Source: Malacoraja senta (Eukaryota). Taken from it: a stretch of 64,000 nt of DNA. The position numbers were made by a program, and so were the translations under genes. Below, in pieces: positions 27,241-39,839 of the stretch. The notes below the pieces were generated by a model. The model was not told the DNA's origin. It worked only from the letters and a program-made list of their open reading frames with translations, and searched no databases. Position 1 is the first letter of the stretch, and each line of letters starts with the position of its first letter. Where the stretch lies: the NCBI GenBank assembly GCA_038087875.1, contig CM075997.1, positions 2,916,001 to 2,980,000 of the forward strand, read 5' to 3'.

Positions 27241-27900
27241 TAGATCAGCTGACATCTAGAGCAGCGGATGCAATAGATGAGGTTGGAGGAGATGCAGGTG
27301 AACCTCTGTCGCACCTGGAACGAGATGCAGGTGAACCTCTGTCGCACCTGGAACGACTGCAAGGACCCAAGCAGTCGTTCCAGGTGCGGCAGAGGTTCAC
27401 CTGCATCTCCCCCAACCTCATCTATTGCATCCGCTGCTCTAGATGTCAGCTGATCTACATCGGTGAGACCAAGCGGAGGCTTGGCGATCGTTTCGCCGAA
27501 CACCTCCGGTCAGTCCGCAATAACCTACCTGACCTCCCGGTGGCTCAGCACTTCAACTCCCCCTCCATTCCGTATCTGACCTCTCTGTCCTGGGTTTCCT
27601 CCATGGCCACAGCGAGCAACACATTGGAGGAAATGCACCTCATATTCCGCTTGGGCAGTCTACATCCTGGGGGCATGAAAATTGAATTCTCCCAATTCTG
27701 CTAGCCCTTGCTGTCCCCTCCCCTTCATCAGCCCTCTGGTTGTCTCCTCCCATCCCCCAGCCCTCGGGCTCCTCCTCCGCCTTTTTTCCTTTTTCCCTTT
27801 CTTCTCCCCACCCCCTATCAGTCTGAAGAAGGGTTTCGGCCCAAAACGTTGCCTATTTCCTTCGCTCCATAGATGCTGCTGAACCCGCTGAGTTTCTCTT
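27241..27900 (+). mobile_element. Penelope-like element 3' part (GIY-YIG endonuclease) with fold-back 5' end
   Basis: NLIYCIRCSRCQLIYIGETKRRLGDRFAEHLRSV...VAQHFN (GIY-YIG). 27241-27360 is an inverted copy of 27371-27456. Confidence 0.9.
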
Positions 27901-27914
27901 GATTCCACTATCCT

Positions 27915-28377
27915 TAAGAGCTCTATTCAACTCTTGAAAGCATCCAGAGAATTGGCCCCCACTGCCTTCTGAGGCAGAGAATTCCACAGATTCACAACCC
28001 TCTGTGTGAAAAAGTTTTTCCTCATCTCTGTTCTAAATTGCTTACCCCTTATTCTTAAACTGTGGGCCCTGGTTCTGGACTCCCCCAACATCAGGAACAT
28101 GTTTCCTGCCTCTAGCGTGTCCAAACCCTTAATAATCTTACATGTTTCAATAAGATCTCCTCTCATCCTTCTAAATTCCAGAGTACACAAGCCCAGCCGC
28201 TCCATTCTATCAACATATTCCCAGGATGGCAGTCCTGCCATCCCAGGAATTAACCTCGCAATCCCTCAATAGCAAGAATGTCCTTCCTCAAATTTGGAGA
28301 CCAAAACTGCACACAATACTCCAGGTGTGGTCTCACTAGGGCCCTGTACAACTGCAGAAGGACCTCTTTGCTCCTAT
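27915..28377 (-). mobile_element. CR1 LINE fragment
   Basis: LEFRRMRGDLIETCKII...RVVNLWNSLP on the minus strand. Confidence 0.85.
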
Positions 28378-28449
28378 ATGGAATAGTCTCGATGGGCTGA
28401 ATGGCCTAATTCAGCTTCTGTGTCTTATCCAGACAGCATTCTGGTAAAC

Positions 28450-29430
28450 AAAAGGACACAAAGTGCAGGAGTAACTCAATGGGTCGGGCACCATCTCTGG
28501 AGAACATGGATAGGTGACGTTTCAGGTCGGGACCCTTCTTCAGACTGATTGTAAGGGGAGAGAAGAAAGCTGGAAGAGACAGGATGAGGAATGGCGGGTA
28601 ATAGGTGGATACAGGTGAGGGGGGTTTTGATAGGGGGTTGGAACAAAGGCCAGAGATAAAAGCTGAAGGTGTGAGATAGGATTGAAGTGTTGGGAGGAGG
28701 GGAGGGGGTTTGAGGGGATGGGAGAAATAGATGGGAGTCCAGGTTGGGCACAGGGGAAGGGAGGGCGGGAAAAAAAGTGTGGGGGGGGGGGGGGTGAGGG
28801 AGAAAGGGGGGTTTTAGTTCGAGTTTACCTAAAATTAGCTAATTCAATGTTCGTACCATTGGGTCGTAAGCTACCCAAGCAGAATATGAGGTGCTGTTCC
28901 TCCAGTTTGCGTGTGGCCTCACCCTGGCAATGGAGGATGTCCACAACAGAAAGGTCAGTGTGGGAATTGGAAGGGGAATTAAAATGGTTAGCAACCGGGA
29001 GAACCAGCAGGCTTTGGCGACCGAACGCAAGTGTTCAGCGAAACGGTCGCCCCGTCTACGTTTGATCTTGCCGATGTACAGGAGGCCACATCAGGTGCAG
29101 TATACGAGGTTAGGGGACATGCACGTGAACCTCTGTCTCACCGAGAAGGACTTTCGAGGTCCCTGCATGGAGGTGAGGTCGGAGGTACAGGGACAGGTGT
29201 TGCATCTCCTGCAGTTGCAGGGGAAAGCACCTGGGGAAGGGAGTGCTTTGGGTGGGGAGGGATGAGTGAACTAGGGAGATGTGGAGGGACCGGTCTCTAC
29301 GGAAGGTGGAGATGGGAAGATGTTACTCGTGGTGGAGGTGACCAAAATGTCGGAGAATGATGTGTTGGATACGGAGGCTGGTGGGGTGAAAGGTGAGGAC
29401 CTGGGGAACTCTATCCTTGTTGCGTCTGGG
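28450..29430 (-). mobile_element. Decayed Penelope-like element (GIY-YIG region plus 3' tail)
   Basis: Minus strand reads LYIGKIKRRRGDRFAEHL and LEEQHLIFCLGSLRP-type motifs, followed by the hammerhead-like tail at 28516-28543. Confidence 0.85.
28516..28543 (-). ncRNA. Hammerhead-like motif in the tail of a Penelope element
   Basis: CUGAAGAA-GGGUCCCGACCU-GAAACGUC, downstream of GIY-YIG sequence on the same strand. Confidence 0.55.
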
Positions 29431-31424
29431 CGGAATCTGGTAAACTCAGGTAAAACTCTGGTAAACCTCTTCTACACCTCCTCCAAAGCCTTCAGCTCCT
29501 TCTTGTAAGGGGGCAACCAGAACTGCACACAATACTCTAAACGCAGCCCAACCATAGTACTAGAAAGCTGAAATATGACAATGACTCTTGGCCCAAACGA
29601 TGAAGGCAAGCAGACCATATTTACCACTCGGTAGACAAAAATGCTGGAGAAACTCAGCGGGTGAGGCAGCATTTATGGAGCGAAGGAAATAGGCAACGTT
29701 TCAGGTTGAAACCCTTCTTCAGACTTGAGTCTGAAGAAAGGTTTTGACCCAAAACGTTGCCTATTTCCTTCGCTCCATAAATGCTACCTCACCCGCTGAG
29801 TTTCCCCAGCATTTGTGTCTACCTTCGATTTTCCAGCATCTGCAGTTCCTTCTTAACCATATTTACCACTCTATGGAGTTGTGTTGATACTTTCAGGAAG
29901 CTGTGGCCTTGGACCCCAAGATCTGTATCTCAATGCTGGCAGGCTCTTGCAAACATTGGCATGAGGGTCTTTACACCCACAGAGGTTACACAGACCATCT
30001 ACAGGTTAAGAGCACACAGGTTTCGAGCACCCTGACCCGTAAACAAACTTCCGTTATCAGTTTCAAAAGTCCTACGTACGTACGCATGTTTGTTCCTAAG
30101 AATGACGACATTGGTTTCTGGATCTCTGGAAAAAGCCTGGGATGACTGTATTGTGATTCGAAATGAGGGAGAGAGACAGAGAGAGAGAGGGGGGTGGGGA
30201 GGGAGAGAGGGGGAGATGGAATGTGAGTGGGGGGAGAGAGGGAGATGGTGATAGAGAGATAGGGAGATGGATGTACAGATGGAAAATTAGTCAGATAGAC
30301 ATTCAGGATGGAGAGAATCAGTGGGCGAGAGAAAAGGAAGGGCGAGAAAGGGACAGAGGGGAAAAAAAGGACACAAAAAGCTGGAGTAACTCAGCGGGTC
30401 AGACAGCATCTCTGGAGGACATGGACAGGTGACGTTTCTGAAGATGGGTCTTGACCCGAAATGTCACCTATTCCTTTTCTCCAGAGGATGCTGTCGGACC
30501 CGCTGAGCTACTCCAGCACTTTGTGTCTATCGATCGACAGTCAGGGTGATGTTGTAGTAAAGAGGGCTGGTTGCTAACGAGAGTTGGACAGGTAGATTAA
30601 TTCACCCTCATTAGCCCAGTGGGGCAGACAAACTGCTAACTTCCTCTGATTGATTGAAACATGATCTGTTTGTGATCAAATCTACGGGTTAATGAATAAG
30701 CTGTATCCAGGATATCAGTCAAACGTCACGGTAAAAATGCAGGAGGTTTAAATGTCAGGATCACTCTGGGTGAGTCACAGATGAGATAGAGCTGTCTATT
30801 GTCCCATTGATTGTGACCCTTGTGAAATCCAGGTTTGTATAATCATCAGAACACATCGTCGCCCTTCCCAATACACGTTAGTTCAACGAACTCGTGTTCC
30901 TCAACTCCAATCATGGGTGATTGGAGTTGAGGAACTCCAATCACCTCAACTCCACTCTGTTTGACCCATGTTTCCCTTGCCAACTCTGCCTGCTCTTTCC
31001 CCCTCATTCCAGAACCAGGGGCCACACACAGTTTAAGAATAAGGGGTAACCCATTTAGAACGGAGACGAGGACAGAGAGTTGTGGGTCTGTGGAATTCTC
31101 TGCCTCAGAGGGCGGTGGAGGCCGGTTCTCTGGATGCTTTCAAGAGAGAGCTAGATAGGGCTCTTAAAAATAGCGGAGTCAGGGGATATGGGGAGAAGGC
31201 AGGAACGGGGTACTGATTGGGGATGATCAGATTGAATGGCGGTGCTGGCTCGAAGGGCCGAATGGCTTACTCCTGCACCTATTGTCTATTGTCTATGGTC
31301 AGCTAAATCTGTCAGTTAGTTAAGCTGAGTAAGTTAAAATGTCAGTGATTAATACTGACTCAATTTTAATTGCTGTGTTTGATTTTTATAAAAAAAACAA
31401 AAATTGTAAAAGATTCTGTGGACA

Positions 31425-32035
31425 ATAATAATAAAATAATAATAAATGCATTTGTATAGCACGTTTAAAAACAACTCACGTTGACCAAAGTGTTTCACAT
31501 CAGTGCAGGTACTAACGTGATACATACAACGGTAGTCAGACCTAACAATACATACATAAACTGTTTACAGCGCCCCATCAGAGGGGCTCAAAAACGCTAG
31601 GGAGTAGAAATAGGTTTTGAGTCGTGACTTAAAGGAGTCGATGGTTGGGGCAGTTCTGATGATGAGCGGGATGCTGTTCCAGTCTAGGTGCTGCAACCGC
31701 AAAAGCACGGTCACCCCTGAGCTTAAACCTAGACCGCGGGATAGTCAGTAGCCCCAAGTCGGCCAACCTGAGGGACCTGGAGGTAGAATGGTGGGTTAGA
31801 AGATTTTTGATATAGGGGGGGGGTGCAAGCCCGTTAAGGGCATTGTATACGAATAAGAGGAGCTTGAAGTTGATTCTGTACCGTACTGGGAGCCAGTGGA
31901 GAGAGGCCAGGATCGGGGTGATGTGGTCCCTTTTACGGGTGCCCATCAGAAGTCTCGCTGCGGCGTTTTGGAACAATTGCAGACGGGACAGGGATGATTG
32001 GCTGATGCCAGTGTATAGGGAGTTGCAGTAGTCAA
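31425..32035 (-). mobile_element. L2-clade LINE 3' fragment
   Basis: QNAAARLL...DHITPILASLHWLPVRYRINFK...GDRAFAVAAPRL, with an (att)n tail. Confidence 0.9.
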
Positions 32036-32892
32036 GGTGGAAATGGCACTGTGGAACATATACTCACAGTGCAAGTAACTGATTTCTTCATTGCTATAAA
32101 GTTTTCATTCAAAGTTAACGAGGAAAATACTTGAAATAAAAGGGTTGTGTTTACTGCCATAAAAGAAAAAAGGAAAAAAATGGAAGATTCAAAGTGCTGG
32201 AGTAACTCAGAAGGTCAGGCAGCATCTGAGGAGGACATGGATAGGTGACGTTTCGGGTCAGGGCCCTTCTTCAGACTTTAATCTCCAATCATCTGCATAA
32301 ACCTCAACCAGAAGCTGAACCTGGCTATCTCAGGTGTGTTCGCCTGCCGCTGTACCTCAGGTAGGGGTATTGGAGCAATTAAAATTACAATTAAAAGCAT
32401 TTGATCTGCTCCAACTAAGCATTGCTCACACTCACTCCAGGTCGCCCCGTGATGAAGTTACCCACACCTTCAGGTAACCAGAGAAAAGAAGCTTCCAAAT
32501 ATTTTAATAGAACGTAGAACAGTGTTCGTTGCGCGCTGGAGCAGCGGTAGAGTTGCTGCCTTACAGCGCTTGCAGCGCCAGATACCCGGGTTCAATCACC
32601 ACTACGGGTGCTGTCTGTATGGAGTTTGCATGTTCACCCCGCGACCTGCGTGGATTTTCACCGAGATCTTCAGTTTCCTCCCACACTCCAAAGATGTACA
32701 GGTATGCAGGTAAATTGGCTTAGTATAAGTGTAAATTGTCCCTAGTGTGTGTAGGATAGTGTTAGTGTGCGGGTATCGCTGCGGGTTGGCGCGGACTCAG
32801 TGGGCCGAAGGGCCTGTTTCCGCGCTGTATCTGTAAACTAAACTAAACTAAACAGCACAGCGTAAGAACAGACCATTCCACCCACAATGTCC

Positions 32893-33092
32893 NNNNNNNN
32901 NNNNNNNNNNNNNNNNNNNNNNNNNNNNNNNNNNNNNNNNNNNNNNNNNNNNNNNNNNNNNNNNNNNNNNNNNNNNNNNNNNNNNNNNNNNNNNNNNNNN
33001 NNNNNNNNNNNNNNNNNNNNNNNNNNNNNNNNNNNNNNNNNNNNNNNNNNNNNNNNNNNNNNNNNNNNNNNNNNNNNNNNNNNNNNNNNNNN
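32893..33092. other. Assembly gap (200 N)
   Basis: Run of N. Confidence 1.
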
Positions 33093-34240
33093 TAACCCTT
33101 GAGTATTTTCTTTTCAGACTTCTTTGGTGTCTGTTTTGAAAATGCTCTTTTGATTCGCTTTCTTTAGACTTTAGATTTCACTTTAGACTTTAGACATACA
33201 GCGTGGGAACAGGCCCTTCGGCCCACCGTGTCTGTGCCGACCAGCGATCACCCCGCACGCTAGCACTATCCTACACACACTGGGGACAATGTACAATTTT
33301 TAACCAAAGCCAATTAACCTGCAAACATGCACGTCTTTGGGATGTGGGAGGGAACCGGAGCACCCGGACAAAACCCGCGCTAGATGCAGGAAAAATGTTC
33401 CCAATGTTGGGCGAGTCCAGAACCAGGGGCCACAGCCTTAGAATAAAGGGGAGGCCATTTAAGACTGAGGTGAGAAAAAACTGTTTCACCCAGAGAGTTG
33501 TGAATTTATGGAATTCCCTGCCACAGAGGGCAGTGGAGGCCAAGTCACTGGATGGATTTAAGAGAGAGTTAGATAGAGCTCTAGGGGCTAGTGGAATCAA
33601 GGGATATGGGGAGAAGGCAGGCACGGGTTATTGATTGGGGACGATCAGCCATGATCACAATGAATGGCGGTGCTGGCTCGAAGGGCCGAATGGCCTCCTC
33701 CTGCACCTATTGCCTATGTTTCTATATTTCTATGCTGTCACAGGGAGAACGTGCAAACTCCACACAGATAGCACCCGTAGTCGGTATCATGGGTTTTCTC
33801 CGGGTGTTCCGGTTTCCTCCCACACTCTAAAGACGCGCAGGTTTGCAGGTTAATTGGCTTTGGTAAAAAATGTAAACTGGCCCTAGTGTGTAGGACAGTG
33901 CAGGTGTGGACTCGTGGGCCTGTTTCCGCGCTGTATCTCTAAAGTCTAAAGAGAGAAGAAACCAAGACACAGAACTGGAAGCCAAGAGCTTGGTGTGCAG
34001 GGAAACAGCACCACCTGCAGGCTCCCCAACAAATTACACACTGCCATCCTGACCTGCAAACATCTGCTATTATGGGTAGACAACAAAGCTGGAGAAACTC
34101 AGCGGGTGAGGCCGCATCTATGGAGCGAAGGAAATAGGCGAGGTTTCGGGTCGAGGCCCTTCTTCAGCTATTTCTTCTGTCTATCTTCGGTGTAAACCAT
34201 CAAGTAAACCTTGCATCCCCTCTCTATTCATCCCTCCCCC

Positions 34241-35598
34241 ATCCTAGAGTCAATTATTAAAGATGGGATAGCAGCACATTTGGAAAGTGGTGAAATCATT
34301 GGACAAAGTCAGCATGGATTTACGAAAGGTAAATCATGTCTGACGAACCTTATAGAATTTTTCGAGGATGTAACTAGTAGAGTGGATAGGGGAGAACCAG
34401 TGGATGTGTTGTATCTGGACTTTCAGAAGGCTTTCGACAAGGTCCCACATAAGAGATTAGTATACAAACTTAAAGCACACGGTATTGGGGGTTCAGTATT
34501 GATGTGGATAGAGAACTGGCTGGCAAACAGGAAGCAAAGAGTAGGAGTAAACGGGTCCTTTTCACAATGGCAGGCAGTGACTAGTGGGGTACCGCAAGGC
34601 TCAGTGCTGGGACCCCAGCTATTTACAATTTATATTAATGAACTGGATGAGGGAATTGAAGGCAACATCTCCAAGTTTGCGGATGACCCGAAGCTGTGGG
34701 GCAATGTTAGCAGTGAGGAGGATGCTAGGAGACTGCAAGGTGACTTGGATAGGCTGGGTGAGTGGGCAAATGTTTGGCAGATGCAGTATAATGTGGATAA
34801 ATGTGAGGTTATCCACTTTGGTGGCAAAAACAGGAAAGCAGACTATTATCTAAATGGTGGCCGATTAGGAAAAGGGGAGATGCAGCGAGACCTGGGTGTC
34901 ATGGTACACCAGTCATTGAAAGTAGGCATGCAGGTGCAGCAGGCAGTGAAGAAAGCGAATGGTATGTTAGCTTTCATAGCAAAAGGATTTGAGTATAGGA
35001 GCAGGGAGGTTCTACTGCAGTTGTACAGGGTCTTGGTGAGACCACACCTGGAGTATTGCGTACAGTTTTGGTCTCCAAATCTGAGGAAGGACATTATAGC
35101 CATAGAGGGAGTGCAGAGAAGGTTCACCAGACTGATTCCTGGGATGTCAGGACTTTCATATGAAGAAAGACTGGATAGACTTGGCTTATACTCGCTAGAA
35201 TTTAGGAGATTGAGAGGGGATCTTATAGAAACGTACAAAATTCTTATGGGGTTGGACAGGCTAGATGCAGGAAGATTGTTCCCGATGTTGGGGAAGTCCA
35301 GGACAAGGGGTCACAGCTTAAGGATAAGGGGGAAATCCTTTAAGACCGAGATGAGAAAAAACGTTTTCACACAGAGAGTGGTGAATCTCTGGAACTCTCT
35401 GCCACAGAGGGTAGTTGAGGCCAGTTCATTGGCTATATTTAAGAGGGAGTTAGATGTGGCCCTTGTGGCTAAAGGGATCAGGGGGTATGGAGAGAAGGCA
35501 GGTACGGGATACTGAGTTGGATGATCAGCCATGATCATATTGAATGGCGGTGCAGGCTCGAAGGGCCGAGTGGTCTACTCCTGCACCTATTTTCTATG
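34241..35598 (+). mobile_element. CR1-clade LINE (HER1-like), 5'-truncated, reverse transcriptase ORF open
   Basis: ORF with QHGFTKGKSCLTNL, YLDFQKAFDKVPH, GVPQGSVLGP, KFADD, VRPHLEYCVQFW, and the typical short 3' tail ending tttctatg. Confidence 0.95.
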
Positions 35599-35808
35599 TA
35601 TCCTCTATGTATCTAGTCATTGTGCTAGTTTCACTGTCATCCTGGTGAGTTTCATTGTCTGTAACTCGTTTTCACCTAGCCCACGGCTAACAATGGCCTG
35701 TTTCCTTGATCATCGTTACTCTTTTTTGCATATCTTTCATTCATTTGTTCTACATCTGTCCATAATCACCGTCTATATCTCTCGTTCCCCCTTCCCCCGA
35801 CTCTCAGT

Positions 35809-35836
35809 CTGAAGAAGGGTCTCGACCTGAAACGTC
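35809..35836 (+). ncRNA. Hammerhead-like motif (Penelope tail)
   Basis: CUGAAGAA-GGGUCUCGACCU-GAAACGUC. Confidence 0.55.
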
Positions 35837-35981
35837 ACCCATTCCTTCTCTCCAGAGATGCTGCCTGACCCGCTGAGTTACTCCAGCTTTTCTTGTCAAT
35901 CTTTGGTCTAAACTTGCATCTGCGGTTCCTTCCTACACATTCCTTCATAGTTACTGGGTCTAAATCCTGGAATGAATCATA

Positions 35982-36322
35982 TCGGCCGACTTGGGGTTAC
36001 TGACCATCCCGCGGTCCAGGCATAAGCTCAGGGGCGACCGCGCTTTTGCGGTTTCAGCACCTAGACTGTGGAACAGCATCCCTCTTCCCATCAGAACTGC
36101 CCCCTCCATCCACTCTTTTAAGTCTAGACTTGAAACTTATTTTTACTCACAAGCTTTTCTTGAGGTCCTCTGAGGGAGCGCTGTATGTATGTATTTATGT
36201 ATGTATTGTTAGATCTATGTACCACTGTATGTAGCTCATTAGTACCTGCACTGATGTAAAGCACTTTGGTCAACGAGAATTGTTTTAAATGTGCTATAGA
36301 AATAAAATTGACTTGACTTGAC
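35982..36322 (+). mobile_element. L2 LINE 3' end
   Basis: GDRAFAVSAPRLWNSIP...FKSRLETY, AATAAA and a (ttgac)n tail. Confidence 0.85.
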
Positions 36323-36687
36323 CTGTAACAGCACCACGAGGGCATTTTCACTAGACTGACGGCAGAGGTTCAAGGTTTAGGTTTAATATTGTTACGTGCG
36401 CTGAGGTAAAGTGGAAAGCTGCACACTGCCTTCCCATGAGACAACTGGAGAGGGATACGGGTGTGAGGGGTTATGTGGAGAAGGCAGGAGAATGGGATTA
36501 GGAGGGAGAGATAGATCAGCCATGATTGAATGGCAGAGTAGACTTGATGGGCCGAATGGTCTAATTCTGCTCCCATCACTTGATAATAGACGCTAGAATC
36601 ACCAACAATGCCCTCACTATGAGGAAGGGCTTAAACATTCTAGTTAGTCCGATGCTCTTCTTCTCTTTCTGTGTGATTTATGACATG

Positions 36688-36930
36688 CCCGTCCCCACTA
36701 ATACTGTACCCCAGTTTTATACAGCGACAGGCCCGTCCCCACTAATACTGTACCCCAGTATTGTACAGACAGACTAGTCCCCACCTGTACTGTACCCCAG
36801 TATTGTACAATGACAGACCCGTCCCCACCTGTACTGTACCCCAGTATTGTACAATGACAGACCCGTCCCCACCTGTACTGTACCCCAGTATTGTACAGTG
36901 ACAGACCCGTCCCCACCAGTACTGTACCCC
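36688..36930. repeat. 44-bp minisatellite, about 5 copies
   Basis: Unit cccgtccccacctgtactgtaccccagtattgtacaatgacaga. Confidence 0.92.
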
Positions 36931-37045
36931 CGTGCTATATACCATCTGATCGCTGCAACAGTGCACGGCAGTAGTGCATGGCTCTCTGCTGCCACTGTTA
37001 GACTGTCCCCATTAAACCCCCCGGCCTGACCACCCGCCCTCTCAC

Positions 37046-37184
37046 CTTGAGTGAATCGAGCAGGTCCTCGACCAGGATGAGCCGGCGGAGGTGGTCGACC
37101 GAGCTGGTGACGTAAAGCACCGTCGCCTCCGAGTATTTCCGCAACTGCTCCTGCGAGAAGCAGATGTCCAAATCAAGGTAGCTC
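37046..37184 (-). CDS. rtn2: Reticulon homology domain exon B (139 nt)
   Basis: ctctccacag|G ... AAG|gtgaga. Encodes [46 protein letters not shown]. Conserved 139-nt size. Not in the ORF track. Confidence 0.95.
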
Positions 37185-37214
37185 CTGTGGAGAGGGGGCA
37201 GTGATGGATGAGAG

Positions 37215-37250
<36 letters not shown>

Positions 37251-37297
37251 TGTGTGTGTGAATGTGGATGTGTGTATGTGTGTGTGTGTGTGTGTGT

Positions 37298-37348
<51 letters not shown>

Positions 37349-37375
37349 TGTGTGTACGTGTGTGTACGTGTGTGT

Positions 37376-37436
<61 letters not shown>

Positions 37437-37583
37437 TGGATGTGTGAATGTGGATGTGTGTGTGTGTGTGTGTGTGTGTGTGTCTATGTGTGTGTGTGTG
37501 TGTCTATGTGGATGTGTGTGTGTGTGTGTGTGTGTGTCTATGTGTGTGTGTGTGTGTCTGTGTGTGTGTGTGTGTGAATGTGG

Positions 37584-37632
<49 letters not shown>

Positions 37633-37655
37633 TATGTGTGTGTGTGTGAATGTGG

Positions 37656-37688
<33 letters not shown>

Positions 37689-37713
37689 TATGTGTGTGTG
37701 TGTGTGAATGTGG

Positions 37714-37810
<97 letters not shown>

Positions 37811-37831
37811 TATGTGTGTGTGTGTGTGTGT

Positions 37832-37832
<1 letters not shown>

Positions 37833-37875
<43 letters not shown>

Positions 37876-38235
37876 AGAGAGAGAGAAAGAGAGACAGAGG
37901 GTGAGAGAGACAGAGACAGGGGGAGAGGGAGAGGTAGAGAGAGACAGAGAGAGGGAGAGGGAGAGGGAGACAGAGACAGAGACAGGGGGAGGGAGAGGGA
38001 GAGAGAGACAGAGACAGAGACGGGGAGGGAGAGGGAGAGAGAGACAGAGAGAGAGACAGAGAGAGAGACGGAGGGAGAGAGACGGAGAGAAAGAGAGAGA
38101 GAGAGAGAGAGACAGAGACAGAGAGAGAGAGAGAGAGAGAGGGAGGAAGAGAGACAGAGAGAAAAAGAGAGAGAGAGGGAGAGATAGAGAGAAGGAAAGA
38201 GAAAGACAGAACAGTAAGAGAGAGAGATATAGAGG
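37833..38235. repeat. (GA)n-rich homopurine tract
   Basis: Direct observation. A complementary CT-rich tract lies at 48000-49012. Confidence 0.95.
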
Positions 38236-38594
38236 AAGATACCTTCACTGTCCACTATACCACTATTGTGAAGATCTTGACTACGGGTGCTGTCTGTACA
38301 GAGTTTGTGTGTTCTCTCCGTGACCTGCGTGGGTTTTCTCCGGGTGCTCCGGTTTCCTCTCACACTCCAAAGACGTACAGGTTTGTAGGCTAATTGACTT
38401 TGGTATAATTGTAAATTGTCCCTAGTGTGTGTAGGATAGTGTTGGTGTACGAGGTGATCGCTGGGCGGCACGGCCTAGGTGGGCCGAAGGGCCTGTTTCC
38501 GCGCTGTATCTCTAAAGTAAACTGAACAAAACTAAAAAGGTCCAGAACAAATCGGAGCAACAAATTTGGTTCTGGGCAACTCCAGTCTCTAGTG

Positions 38595-39725
38595 CAGTGG
38601 TTCTTAAGCTGGAGGTCGTGACCCCCCCCCCCTATGGGGGTCATTTGGTGGTTTTCTGGGGGTCATGAAGGGGTCATACATAACATATCAATTTGTTGAG
38701 TCCATGTTTAGGAACCTAACAAAGGTACAGAGCAAAGACCCTATAGCGAGCAAGATAGTCAACTCGACGAAAAAGACGTAGTACGGTCATGGGCAGATTC
38801 ATGGGTAATTTTCAGCCCCATTTCCGTAACCGGCTTCCGTCTCCGCACCAAAGATCCCGCAGCGGAGCAAAGATAACTAGTGCGGAGACGGAAGCCGGTT
38901 ATGCCCAGGGGGGGAAAGTGGTCTTTCCCCCCCTGGGCGTGGGGGGGAAAGACCACTACCTTAAGAGTCTCCGAACACTCCAACTCCCACCTGTACAGTT
39001 TTAGCCCCACACAGATCGCCAGCTCGGGAGCACTGCTGTAGGCTACGCCTAGTCTTCTTCATATTTTTTTAACTTGCAGAGATTCTTATAATTTATAAAT
39101 CGAGAGCTGTATTTAAAATGGTTGATGTTTGGAGCCTGCCTTTAACATAGTCCCGTGTGTCTGGGTGGTTCGATCCTGCCCTGGGGTGTTGTCTGTCTGT
39201 CTGTCTGTCTGTATGTGTGTGTGTGTGTGTGTGGAGTTTGTACGTTCTGTCTGTGACCAAAGACCCTATAGCGAGCAAGATAGTCCACTCGATGAAAAAG
39301 CCATAGTACGGTCATGTGCAGATTCATGGGTAATTTTCGGCCCCATTTCCGTAACCGGCTACCGTCTCCGCACCAAAGATCCCGTCATAGCGGAGCAAAG
39401 ATACTAGTGCGGAGACGGAAGCCGGTTACGGAAACATCCTCGTAAAAATAAAAGTTCTTTGGTAAAAATCCTCTCCACATTTTCAGAATTATAATTTATT
39501 AACACAAACTGTTCCCCCGCAACGTTGATTACACTGCGAGTCGGGTCGGGTCGGGTTACTGAAATGGATGGAAAAAAGGCCAACGTTGCGCTCCGTTGCG
39601 TACTACACCTCAGCCCATTGCAGGAGTGGTCTATCTTGCTCCGCTATAGGATCTTTGGTACATACCACATACAGTATTGTGTTCGCGTATGTGCGTACTG
39701 GTGCCAAAAAGGTTAAGAACCACTG
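38595..39725. mobile_element. Non-autonomous hAT (Charlie-like) element with nested insertions
   Basis: TIRs CAGTGGTTCTTAA / TTAAGAACCACTG and a perfect 8-bp TSD CTCTAGTG (38587-38594 and 39726-39733). Confidence 0.88.
39258..39658. mobile_element. MITE nested in the hAT element
   Basis: Imperfect ~34-bp TIRs ccaaagaccctatagcgagcaagatagtccactc / gagtggtctatcttgctccgctataggatctttgg. A second partial copy starts near 38733. Confidence 0.75.
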
Positions 39726-39839
39726 CTCTAGTGTCTCGTTGGGTCAGTCAGCGTCTGTGGGGGAGGAGGGGCGGCGAGGGTCAAACGGAACGCCGGATGG
39801 GCTGAATGGCCTCCTAGAAGAGGCGGAGCTGGTACTCAC

